Shown one piece after another: positions 51,301 to 62,877 of a stretch of DNA of 64,000 bases. Below the pieces are notes generated by a model. It worked only from the letters and a program-made list of their open reading frames with translations, had not been told where the DNA came from and searched no databases. Source of the DNA: Azolla caroliniana (lineage: Eukaryota; Plantae; Polypodiophyta); NCBI GenBank assembly GCA_043228905.1, contig JBHGNT010000092.1, forward strand, positions 29,713-93,712, given 5' to 3'. The position numbers were made by a program, and so were the translations under genes. Position 1 is the first letter of the stretch, and every line of letters begins with the position of its first letter.

Positions 51301-53539
51301 ATCCATCAGTCGAAAAACCGATCGAAGTCCGAAGGGTAACATTTTCCGACGTGCCGACCCTTCAAGAAGGCCCCGCTCTTAACACATGGTCAGCTTCACG
51401 GGTAGCTGAACCTTACACTACCGACTCGGACAACTCCGACTCGGCACAGCCGAATGACTCGCTTTCGGACCATCCGACCTTGATACCCGATTCGACCAGT
51501 CCAATCATACCTCGACGATCCGAGAGACTGTCGCAACCTCCGGAGAGGTATTCTCCTGGAATCTTCTTCACCGACGCCGGCGAACCGACGTCTTACGAAG
51601 AAGCATCGACATCTGTCGATTCCGCCACCTGGCATCTGGCGATGGAGTCGGAAATGCACTCCATTCGGGAAAACAAGACTTGGGATCTGGTCGAATTACC
51701 TAAGAATCGACGTGCTCTTCCTTGCAAGTGGGTCTATCGACTAAAAGAGACGTCTGATTCGACCACCCCAAAGTACAAGGCCAGACTAGTTGCGAAGGGC
51801 TTCCGACAAGAATATGGCGTCGACTTCGCCGAGATTTTTTCACCAGTGGTGAAAATGACAACCCTTCGTTTTCTACTCGGCGTAGTGGCAGCCGACAACT
51901 TGGAGCTGATTCAGCTAGATGTCAAAACAGCCTTCCTCCATGGTGATCTCGAGGAGGAAATTTATATGGAGCAGCCAAAAGGCTTCGTGGCAACTGGCCA
52001 AGAACATCTAGTCTGCCGACTCAGGAAGAGTCTATACGGCCTCAAACAGGCACCGCGACAATGGTACAAGAAGTTCGACAACTTCATCCAATCGATCGGC
52101 TTCTCAAAAAGCGATGAGGACCATTGTCTCTTCACCAACACAGCTCAAGATGGATCACCCATCTTCCTCATCATTTACGTGGACGACATGCTAATTTCTG
52201 GACGCCACGCGGGCGAACTTGCCGATCTCATTCTGCAACTGCGGTTGAAGTTTGCCATGAAGGACCTCGGTCCGGCACGACACATCCTTGGCATGAAGAT
52301 TAGTCGGCATCGCGATAAACGACATCTTTTTTTGTCTCAGACCGACTATATCGGACGTGTCTTGGAACGCTTCAACATGCAATCAGCCAAATCTGCTTCA
52401 ACCCCGCTCCCCATGAATCTTCGTCTCTCTCAGCGAGACTGCCCGACATCCGGTCCGGAGGGGGAAGATATGAAGTCGGTACCGTATGCACCGGCAGTCG
52501 GCTCCCTTATGTACCTGATGGTCGCGACACGGCCTGATATCTCTCATGCCGTAGGAGTCGTTAGCAGATTTATGCACAATCCTGGTCGATCGCATTGGAA
52601 CGCAGTCAAGCATGTGTTCAGATATCTGGCTGGCACAAAAGACCACGGCATTCTTTTCGGTCCGAACCGAACCTCAGGCGTAGTCGGTTACACCGACTCG
52701 GATTTCGCCGGCTGTATAGACAGTCGGAAATCAACAACCGGATACTGCTTCAAATTCGGCAATGGAGCAATCTCGTGGAAGTCGAAACTTCAGGAGTGCA
52801 CAGCGACCTCAACGACCGAAGCAGAATATGTAGCTGCGTCCGACGCAGCAAAAGAAGCTTTGTGGCTCGGTCGGCTGGCGCACACGTTTCGACAAGTCGA
52901 CCATGACTCGGCTCCAGTTGTCTACAGCGACAGTCAAGGTGTTGTTGCCTTGTCGAAAAATCCGGTTCACCACAACGCCTCCAAACATATCGACGTTCGA
53001 TATCACTTCGTTCGGGACTGCGTCATTTCAGGGAAAATCGGTCTAGAGAAAATATCCACAACCGACAATGTCGCAGATGGAATGACCAAGTGTCTTTCGG
53101 CAGACCGTTTTCGGTCTCTTCGGCATCAGATGGGCGTAACGACAAACCAGTCCGGTTAGAGCCGGACACAGCGCAGGATGGTCTCCGACAACCGACATCA
53201 GTTCCTTAATGATCGGCTTCAACTCTTCCGACCCGACCAGTTCGGTCTTCTGCCTTCGGACCCTGCCGACTCGAACCAAAAACTGATATGTCCGAGAACC
53301 TAGGTTTATACCTATAATCTTAGATAACCCATGTATACGCCCATTACGGGGGAGTGTCGAATACAAGTGTATAATGGACGTATTCACGCTATCCCTTTGT
53401 ATAGCTCAAGTTTGGGCCATTTGTGTAATTAGCATAAAGGGTAGTTGCCCTAAGTCGGTCACTATATATAGTGACCTTGTAACCTCTTTGTGTGGTTGGG
53501 TGTTGTATTTTTCTTCTATTGAATAGAAAGTCTTTTGTG

Positions 53540-53576
<37 letters not shown>

Positions 53577-53662
53577 ACTATCTCAGAAACTGTCATACGC
53601 AGGTATTCAAACCTAATCGAATGCTTCTTGATCTTCCGCATAGACGACCTTTGTCCCCAACA
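48134..53662 (+). mobile_element. Young, full-length Ty1/copia LTR retrotransposon
   Basis: LTRs 48134-48443 and 53355-53662 (one substitution plus one CT-unit difference seen); TSD CTATG; PBS TGGTATCAGAGCC at 48446; PPT GGGGGAG. Confidence 0.98.
49128..53159 (+). pseudogene. Copia gag-pol polyprotein with a single nonsense codon
   Basis: [61 protein letters not shown]; YRL*DPK at 51237-51239 (TGG>TAG) keeps the frame. Confidence 0.96.
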
Positions 53663-55929
53663 CTATGGTGGTAGCTAGGATAGCTAATTAGCTACAATGA
53701 AAGCTAATTAGCTACTTTCTCAACTATGTAGTAGCTAGGATAGCTTATTAGCTACTAGGACAGCTAATTAGCTGCCAGTAGCTAATTAGCTACTAGGATA
53801 GCTAATTAGCTGCCAGTAGCTAATTAGCTACTAGGATAGCTTATTAGCTACTTTACACAACTATGTCAGTAGCTAATTAGCTACTATGATAGCTAATTAG
53901 CTAGTAGGATAGCTAATTAGTTGCCAGTAGCTAATTAGCTAGTAGGATAGCTAATTAGCTTTTTTACACAACTATGCTACTAGCTAATTAGCTAGTACCA
54001 TAGCTAACTAGCTACTAGGATAGCTTATTAGCTACTTTACACAACTATGTCAGTAGCTAATTAGCTACTATGATAGCTAATTAGCTAGTAGGATAGCTAA
54101 TTAGCTAGTACGATAGCTAATTAGTTGCCAGTAGCTAATTAGCTAGTAGGATAGCTAATTAGCTTTTTTACACAACTATGGTACTAGCTAATTAGCTAGT
54201 ACCATAGCTAACTAGCTACTAGGATAGCTTATTAGCTACTTTACACAACTATGGCAGTAGCTAATTAGTTACTAGGATAGCTAATTAGTTGCCAGTGGCT
54301 AATTAGCTAGTAGGATAGCTATTTAGCTTTTTTACACAACTATGGTACTAGCTAATTAGCTAGTACCATAGCTAATTAGCTACTAGGATAGCTAATTAGC
54401 TACTAGGATAGCTAATTAGCTACTAGGATAGCTAATTAGCTAGTAGCTCATTAGCTGCCAGTAGCTAATTAGCTAGTAGGATAGCTAATTAGAAAAGACT
54501 AAGCTTATTAGCTACAGTATGGTATACCTATTTGTTTTCTCCACTCATTTGGTAGAGTTGTACTGCAATCTCCCAAACAGAATGCAGCAATTCGACAGGC
54601 ATGTTGAAAACAAAGCAGATGGTATGTGTGGTTGCATGGTTGTAGGTGAACCAACAAAGACGCAGTTTTGTCCTCCACACCTAACCCGCAAGCGATGCAA
54701 CGTGCTTGAACTGTCAATAAATCATTTTCTGGTTCTACTTCATTTGGTAAGGGAGCAAGAATGTTCAGGTCCAAATCCTGTCTGGTCCTTACCATTCCCT
54801 CCACAAAATGTAGCTTCTTCTTAAGGCAGCTAACTACCTGTTCTTGATGAATGTATTGTTCCTTCAACGCAACAGAGAAATTTACCGATTAATTATTCTT
54901 GTTGTTGAAAGATACACCAACTTTGCTCAGGAATCGTTAACTTACTTGAAGCTTATCCAAATTGTAATCTGCAACAGTATTTACACCTAGAAGGTCCAGG
55001 TTCATTGAAAGAACCTGGATCTCTATTTGCAGTTCTATTTTACGCTAGGGATCCAGTGGCCCCTCTAATTCAAGCTCCTGTTGCGCAACCTATTCCAGAT
55101 AATGCTTGATTAGCACATTTTACCCGTTATTTATAACACAATCACATACCAGCAAAACAATAGTTACCTGAATCTTATTTCTAATTGTTGTAACAGCAGA
55201 AGTAACTTTGCTCTCCATTGCAGAAGCCATTGTGGCTTTCTCTAAATCAGTCTTAAAAAATGCCAATGTCTCACAGGCTTCATGGACATTTTTTAGCATA
55301 TAGCTAACCAATGTCTCACCTGTATCATCGACATTGGCTTTCCTTGGGTGTCGGTGTGGTGTATGCCCCCGGTCTTGCTGGGAGTCGGCAGTTGCATCAA
55401 CAGCTGCCATGCTCCAAAATCTGTCTATTTTTTGTGCCAAGGTCCCCATCTTTCGGCATCTTTTTACCGATGCCTCACCATAGACTGCCCAAGCTACCCT
55501 ATACATTTCAGGGTCTCTAGATTCCTTCGCTGTTTTGCAGTACTCATATGCAAATGCTCTAGCAAATGAAACTGACAACTCATTGTTGACTGGGATCTCC
55601 TGATGAACTTTCTGGTGCAGTCTCATGCAGTCATCGTACAAGTCGGCTCGTACATGCTTCAGCTTGACCTTGCCTTTGACTCTAGGCACTGTATATACTG
55701 TCATCCAGTCTATATCACTGATCAATTTATCACTTAGGACAGCAGGGTCAACACCCTCGAGTGACAGACCATAGGTGTTGTGGAAGTCCTCCTTTGTCTC
55801 GCAAAATTTTGCGAAGTTTAGCACTCTCGTATACGGAGGAACGAGCCATCTGAAATATCATTTCAGAAATCAGAAATAGTGCAAAATCAGAATATGTGAG
55901 AATCAAAAACCCCAATCAACAACAACAAA

Positions 55930-56300
55930 AATGGTGCAAAATCTTTAACTTAACCTAATCAAAATCTGTAATCAGAAGTTTGAAATCAGAAACCCTAATC
56001 AAAATCTGTAATAAGAAGTTTGTAACCAGAAACCTTATTCAGAAATTCTAATCAGAAATTTATAATCAAAAACCCTAATCAGAAACCCTAATAAAAAATT
56101 TCAATCACAAACCCTAATCAGAAATCCTAAGCAGAAATTTATAAACAAAAACCCTATTCAGAAATTCTAATTTGTAATCAAAATTTGTAACCAGAAACCC
56201 TATTCAGAAATTCTAATCAGAAATTTATAATCAAAAACCCTAATCAGAAATTTCAATCACAAACCCTAATCAGAAATTTCAATCACAAACCCTAATCACT
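55930..56300. repeat. Degenerate ~12-bp repeats containing telo-box AAACCCTAA in intron 2 of the accessory gene
   Basis: CAGAAACCCTAAT / CAGAAATTCTAAT / CACAAACCCTAAT units. Confidence 0.85.
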
Positions 56301-58530
56301 AAAGACAGGATTAAACACAAAAAAAGTAATATAAACACACCTGTTGCTACTCCCCGATTTGCGAGACATCCTTGTATGGGACTCCAAGGACTTCGACCTA
56401 TTCGATTTTGGGGAAATATGAATCGGCACCAAAGTTCAGACAGTAGTCAAAAAGAAAAAACAAATGTTTGGGGTTTCTGTAACTGAAACATACCTGGACG
56501 ATGATCGAGCGGGTTCTGTGTTGTAGCTCTCAATCTGCAATGTCGATTTTTTGCTGTTGCGGGAGCTACGTCTGCGTTCGTGCTCTGAGTACTCCATCTG
56601 CGTTCAAAATCAGACTTAGGCTAAACAGGAAATTGATGACATTGAAGTCGACCTTAGATGATGGTGATATTCCCCAAGTTCCACTACGTCTGAAACAGAA
56701 GTTCAAATATTTGAGTTTTTTCATAAATTAGTTTTTCAAATATTTGATTTTCCCACAAGAAAGACTAGCTAAACAAATAGCTAATTAGCTATGGCCATTT
56801 TAGTAGCTAATTAGCTATAATAGTGTTTCCACTCGCATGCTTTTACCCTTTTCCTATAGATAGACTATATGCTTTATCTAAAGTGATCATGCTTTTTCTA
56901 ACTTGTGCGTTTTTTTATCGACTATAGCGTTCATGCACGCTAGATGTGCATGCGTAGCTTTTTTTTCTTTTAGCATGCGTTTTTCTTTTAACTAAAGTTT
57001 ATCCTAGGTGAACTTACATTTCTATGTGGGACATCTACTTTTTAACACTAATGAAATGCTAGTGTAATGGTAAGGTTTCACATTATTAACATGGAGGTGC
57101 AAGGTTTGAATCTTGCCCTATGCATGTATTATTTATTTTGACATTTTATTCTATTTCTTCATATTTACTAAAACGTTACTTTATAAGTTTTTCATGTAGT
57201 TTACGAAGTACACTACAACAGTGTTCCCAAGTTACCAACTCAGTTGCACCTATCAAAGCATGAGAGCCTCCAATCCTATCACCGAAATCCTCGATCATAT
57301 TAAAATCACCTACCATACACCAATGATCCACTGAAGGTAAATCTAATCCTATCTTAAACCAAAATTCCTTTCTAGCCCCTCCCGAATTTGGAGCATAAAT
57401 ATTAAGAAAACCCAACTTAAGGTTTGAGACCATTAAGATGATATATTGAGCTCTTCCCTCAACCAATATACAACAATCTAACACCTGTTGACTCCATTTC
57501 TTGGCTAAGGCTATACGTAAACCTCCATGTTTATTTTGATTGCCAATCGCAGGAGTTCAATAGTATTTCCAATTTTCTTTTAACATATTCCCATATGTAT
57601 CTATTCGCTTATCTAATAGATGAGTTTCTTGTAAACAAATCATATCACAAACTCCCACATTAAACTTATGCAACTCTTGACTAACTCTACCCTTAAATTT
57701 CTTACTAAGAGCCCCTCCAAGCCCTTGAACATTCCATGATAAAATTTGGAATTTATTCATAGCTTAACAAAAGTTGCTTAGTAACCTTAGTTCTCCCATC
57801 CATTGTCAACTTTTTAAACTTGCAATCCTTATTGCTAATTTTCAATTCCTTAAGGGACATCTTATTTGAGTACGAAACCGTACTATGTTTCTTTGCATGA
57901 TGCATGAATCGATTAATCATAATATTTCAATCCACTACTTTATTAAGAGTAGTATGTACAACTGCCGCATTTGTTTCTTGATTAATGTGATGATTAGAAT
58001 TAAACCCACTTTCAAGATATTTTGCTTTCGACCTAGTTATATGCCCCTTGTAGTTATGGGTATTCTCCCTTGATGAGTGACAAATTTCAGCACTCACAAT
58101 TTGTAACAAGTTAACCTCTTCCCCACTTTTTCCACATTAGAGTCTTCCTTAAGGATTGTGTGACTTTCGTTTTCCTCATATATAACTAATGGCAAGGTAT
58201 GATTATCCTTGGGATAAGCCTCGCCCACAGAAGAGTCTAATAAATTATTATCTCTTATGTTCATTGAAGAATTAGAAAGGTCATGATCTATAACATGGTC
58301 CATATTATTTTATTTTATTTTTCCAAAATGAAGTTACTTTCCCATTAGTTAGGAAGGATTATTACAAAAAGATTGTACACGGGGCTTATATACAAATCGG
58401 GAAATCTCCCTCCGAACAAGTACCAGAAAATGAGATTAGTTACTTAGCATAACGGGTTGACTACTCAATATAAGCAGATACCTATAGCTAAAAATGGTGC
58501 CCGTCAATTTTGGCTAGTACGAGACACCTC

Positions 58531-61500
58531 CTAGGGCCTACACCGCAGGGAGGGCGGCAAATGACTCGGAAACAGCCAGCGTGGGGGCTGGTAGTTCCAC
58601 CTCGGACCACTTCCTCCTTGTGTCACCATAGGCGTGTTCCGCCATTTTTGCCAAAAGCGCAAACGGGCAGTGACCACATCGTTGGAATGGCTGCAAACCT
58701 CGTCCAACTGCCCTTGTAGGCAGCTGATAAGAGCAAACCATATGTCCATGATCACTTCCTCCGGGGGTCGCACCAGATCCAGAAAAACCTTCAGGCAACG
58801 CACTTTCCATATATACCACATGGTGAAGCTTGCGATCAACATCCAAATTTCCGAGAACCTAAGGGATGCGAACTGCAAGCCTCTTCCATAACGAATCTTG
58901 GCGATTTTGCCTCCAATGCATACATAGCACCAGCTATCCGCATCGAAGGCGTCCGTCCACCTATCGTCGGAGTGATCAATCCATGCCGCAGTACTCCACG
59001 ATGCGGTTCTTTCCACTTCACAAGCCACAAGGAGGTGAGTCACTCTATCCCATACCTTTTGAGCTTGAGAGCAATCCCATAGACAGTGCCTCAGAGTCTC
59101 AATAGGTGAAGGGCAGAGTGGGCAGCCTAACGGGCCGCCACGTTTACCTAACCATTCGCCAATGGGAACCACATTATGACTGATCTGCCACCAAAAAAAC
59201 TTGATCTTTTCAAGCAAGTGGAGACGCAAGAGACCTTTCCAAAAAGTAATGAGCACCTCATCAGGGATGCCCAATGTACGCCAGCCATTGCGTAAGGGGC
59301 CATCTAGCTGCAATTGTATAGTCCGACCCAATTTAGTGTTGTACTCGAAGAAATGGGGAAGTCTGCCATCCTGTTTCCACCTGAAATCCCCTGGGTCCCA
59401 TTCTAGCTCGATGAGGGGACAACCACCATATACCCATAACTTCCAATGGGGTTCCACCTTAGCAACATCCGGGTCTGTTTTCCAGATGTTACCAACCTGC
59501 GCCACCACGCGGATTGGGTGCCAAGAGACCCTACTCTGCCTCTCCCCAAAAATTGTATCTCGTCCCGATCCACTCACACCCTTCAGCAACTTAACCACAC
59601 CAATCTCATCAAAGAGACCGAACCATGTATCTTCTCTCACCTCCCCCATCGAGACCCTATCAAGTGCCTCAGCTATCAATCTCCGCATTTTCATGGCTCC
59701 CTTGAGGGGAGGGAAAGGGACCTCCTGGTCCCCTCCTGAAGCCACTATGCGTCTCCAATCATCTATAGAGAGGAGCCCTGTTTGCGCCAACTATCCCCAG
59801 GCTAGGCCCTTAAGCTGCCCTAACATCATGTCACCACTTGACCGCACTTGAGGGTTCCAAAATAATGGTTGTCTAGCCCACTCGACTAGTGTCTCTGGCG
59901 TGTGCTTGACCAAATGACGTCTTACGTGACACCATACCCGCAAGATGGAGTTCGTGACCCTCTCCTCCGGTTGACAAGCCAACTTGGGAGGGACTCCACT
60001 CGTGCAGCACCAATTCAAGGAATCCGGCCAAGGCCTACCATACTTGGGCGTCCCTGCTTGCAGCCTATTGCGAAGTAGTACCTTCCAGCACCCCTTACCT
60101 GGCAAGAGGCATCGAACCACCATTTTGGCTAGCAATGCTCGGCTCTGCATTAAGGGGTCTATTAGGCCAAGCCCCTCTTTGGCCCGCGGTTGTGTTAACC
60201 AATGCCATGACACTCTGGCGGCAACAAACGGGTTGTCCTTACCTGACCATGTAAACCCCCTAATGGCAGCCTTAATCGCGTGCAAACTTGAGGGGTCCAT
60301 AATCCAGCAGGAGACTGAGTGCCACATGGTGGCGAGCAACACTTGGTTCGCAATAAGAACCCTACCAGCGAAGGAAAGTTTAGATCTGCTCCATTGGATC
60401 AGCTTCTTGCTTATTTTGGTTTGCACATGTGACAATTGCACTCCCTTGGGGATTGCCCTCCCCGTCGTAAATCCTAGGTATTTGAATGTCGTCCCATCAG
60501 GGACCCATGCAAAATCAGCGTGGGGTTGCCACCTTGGCTTCTCTTGTTCGCTGAACCAGAGGCCTTGGGTTTTATCCCAATTGATCTTGGCTCTAGCAGC
60601 CTGACAAAGGTCCTCAACAAGTTGTTCAGCCCGCTGCAGATTCGCTTCATCGCCCTGCAAGAAAAGGACCGTATCGTCGGCATATTCAAATAGCAGCAGA
60701 TCTTCAGACGCATTGGGGATGGACAATCCCCTCAATCCGTTGCTTGGTGCTTGTAAATAAGCAGAGAAAGCCTCAATGACAAATAGGTAGAGATATGGAG
60801 CTAGGGGACAGCCTTGCCTCACTGAGCGATGTAGTTGGAAGGCAGGGCCCCTAGCACCAGCTACCAACACGCTACTAGAAGCATTCCGATAGAGTGCAGA
60901 AGTGCAATTCCTCCATTGTTGGGGTAGGCCCATAGCGCTCATCACTCTTTCCAAAAACGGCCATGATACCCTGTCGTAGGCCTTCTCAAAGTCTAACAGC
61001 AGAATAGCCGAGCTCGATACAGCACGATCTGCTAATGCCATACCTTCCCAAAGAAGAAATACATTATCAAAGATACACCTACCCTTGATAAACCCAGTTT
61101 GATTCTCGTGAATGATGTCCGGTAAGAAGCTTGCTATCCGCCTAGCTAAGACTTTTGCAAGTATCTTGTATATCGTGTTAAGGATCGTGATTGGACGCCA
61201 TTGGCGCAGCTCTAGGCTTCGCCCTGCCGCTTTAGGGATGAGATAGATCATCCCCTCAGCCATGCTAGATGGCACCGTTCCCGAGGCCCAAATCTCCTGA
61301 ACCCCGGCTTCCAATGACGGGATAACAGTGTCCCAATGAATCTCAAAAAAATCTCGTGAGAGACCATCGGGGCCGGGGCATGCTCCTCTCCGCAATTCCC
61401 TAAGTGCTTCCGAGAGTTCTAATCGAGAAATGGGGCTGTCGAGCACAACTTCCATCTCGTGGGTTACCTTGGGGTGAATGCAAGCCAACACCCTCTCAGC

Positions 61501-62817
61501 CAGCTCCATGTTTTGTTGCATATGCACAAGAGCGACTAGGTCGCAATAGTATTATGTCACCATATGCAGAATCTCATCCTTGTCCTCCGTTATTGAACCA
61601 TCTGGTTTGCGAAGCCCTTGTATATGTCCACCTCCACCCTTGGGTGCCCTGTGGTGAAAGAAATGGCGGTTAACCTTGTCATCTTTTCTAGCCCACCATG
61701 TTGCGGTCCTTCGAAACAGCATGCGTTTCTTCTCCAACATCCTTTCCCGCAGCTTTATCTTTGCTTCCTCCAACTTGGCTCTAGACCAATTGCAACTAGG
61801 GTCTGCTTGCAGCAGCCGTTGCGCGGCCGCAACGGATTTCCCTAATTTTGTTTCAATGGCTCTAGCCTGCTGAAGGGCCAGCTTGGTTTCTTGCTGTAAA
61901 AAGGAGGAGGAGAGGGTCAATTTTTTCTGCAGATCCTCACTAGCCAATTCACTTACAATGGTCTCCCGCCATATACTTTGCAGCCCTGCCTTCACCTTTG
62001 CACTCTTCATGATCTTTGTGGGGATTTTCACATTGAGACTCCCCTTGCTGCCACGGGGTAGGTTAAGGTCTAATCTCATCGGCTGGTGATCAGAGAAGGT
62101 GAGACCTGCCAAGATAGCAAAGGAGCCCCCCAACTCTTCGAGGGACGAGCTGATGTATATGCGGTCTAGCCGTGCAAGACTACCACCCCTAGCATTCGTG
62201 GCAGCTCGGGAGAAGTGAAGCGAATGTGAGCATCTTCTAAGGGAGGAGCCCCATGTATCCTTCACCCCAATTTTGCCGATTAGGAAATCCCACGAGTCCA
62301 ACTCCGCACCATGAAGCGGTATTTGGGTCCCCCCTTTCCTATCCCCTAGGTGCTCCGTCATGTTGAAATCACCAGCCATTATCCACACCTCTGCCTCAGG
62401 CAATGTTGTCGCTAACATCCACCAAAAGATTGCTCTCTCGGGGGAAGAGTTAGGGGCATAAATGTTTAACACCCCAATTTGAAGGTTGTTCCATTTCAGA
62501 AGCACATATAAGGCTCTTCATGCCACCAGCGTGCCATGTGATGTTACTTCGTAATGGGCCTTATCGCTGATCGAGATGCAAACCCCACCTCTTCGGTGGA
62601 GGTCACCCTGTGTAGCCGACCACCACGTGGTCCACCCACCCGACAAGGGGTTTACTAGGCTCTGAGCTCTCTCTTGAGAGAGGTGGTGTTCTTGCAAAAG
62701 CAATATGTCGATGTTGCCCCCAATATTAAGGGGATTCAACTCCTCCCGAAGTCTTTTGCACTCGTGATGTTGCCGGCCTCCACCAAGGCCTTGCACATTC
62801 CATGTTAGGATTCTCAT
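58531..62817 (-). pseudogene. L1 ORF2 (APE endonuclease, RT, zf-RVT) with about three lesions
   Basis: ILTWNVQGLG, LLLQEH, NIYAPN, GDFN, RLDRIY, SDH; WRPITILN, DFEKAYDRV, RQGCPLAP, YADD, YLG; CPLC..ETLRHCLWDC; breaks near 62518, 61552, 59791. Confidence 0.95.
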
Positions 62818-62877
62818 CAAAAGGCGGTGAGGTTGACGCCCATGTCGGGGCCGACTCCCATGTGAAGGGGCGAACTA

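Larger units (their letters stand above)
47168..54492. repeat. Palindromic TAGCTAATTAGCTA satellite in intron 5 of the accessory gene (47168-48133 and 53663-54492, split by a copia)
   Basis: TAGCTACTAGGATAGCTAAT-type units interspersed with ACTTTACACAACTATGG spacers. Confidence 0.96.
46610..56597 (-). pseudogene. Transposon accessory gene, 6 exons, about 618 aa, with coiled coil and RING-H2-like finger; one premature TAG
   Basis: GT-AG exons 56597-56494, 56397-56341, 55849-55168, 55089-54946, 54861-54528, 47145-46610 total 1857 nt and stay in frame; CIAC..QPCNHTYHLLCF..CLGDC; single in-frame TAG at 55047-55045. Confidence 0.8.
38986..56848 (+). mobile_element. Large TIR DNA transposon, Sola superfamily (Sola2-like)
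   Basis: 25-bp TIRs GGGTGAAAGCATGCGAGTGGAAACA (38986-39010) and TGTTTCCACTCGCATGCTTTTACCC (56824-56848), 24/25 match; 4-bp TSD TTTT; GRG..CYC termini; DDD transposase inside. Confidence 0.9.
38603..57220 (-). mobile_element. Solo-LTR-like element C (about 750 bp: 38603-38985 plus 56849-57220), split by the Sola2 insertion
   Basis: TGT...ACA ends; 4-bp TSD GCGT/GTGT; removal restores L1 WERLCLSFKLQDAWH; GAACCACTAGGGTTTTGGACTAGGAGGA resembles GAACCGCCGGGGTTCTGGACCGGAAGGA of copy A. Confidence 0.75.
17411..58304 (-). mobile_element. Old L1 LINE split into five pieces (17411-19182, 25965-28540, 38484-38602, 57221-58304; 5' end displaced by a younger L1)
   Basis: EN ILSWNVQGLGG (57760) and NIYAPN..GDFN; SRLDRIY across the gypsy junction; RT WRPITILN, QTGFI..DFEKVYD, RSVRQECPLAPYLF, FVDD, YLG; zf-RVT at 18194-18778. 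The reading frame is continuous across each insertion once the TSD is removed. Confidence 0.9.

Noticed and set aside
55930-56300. True or interstitial telomere
   Set aside because: No contiguous (CCCTAAA)n; boxes sit in 12-13-bp degenerate units within an intron
38986-56848. CACTA, hAT or Mutator classification
   Set aside because: Ends are GGG..CCC with a 4-bp TSD, and transposase motifs fit Sola2 rather than those superfamilies
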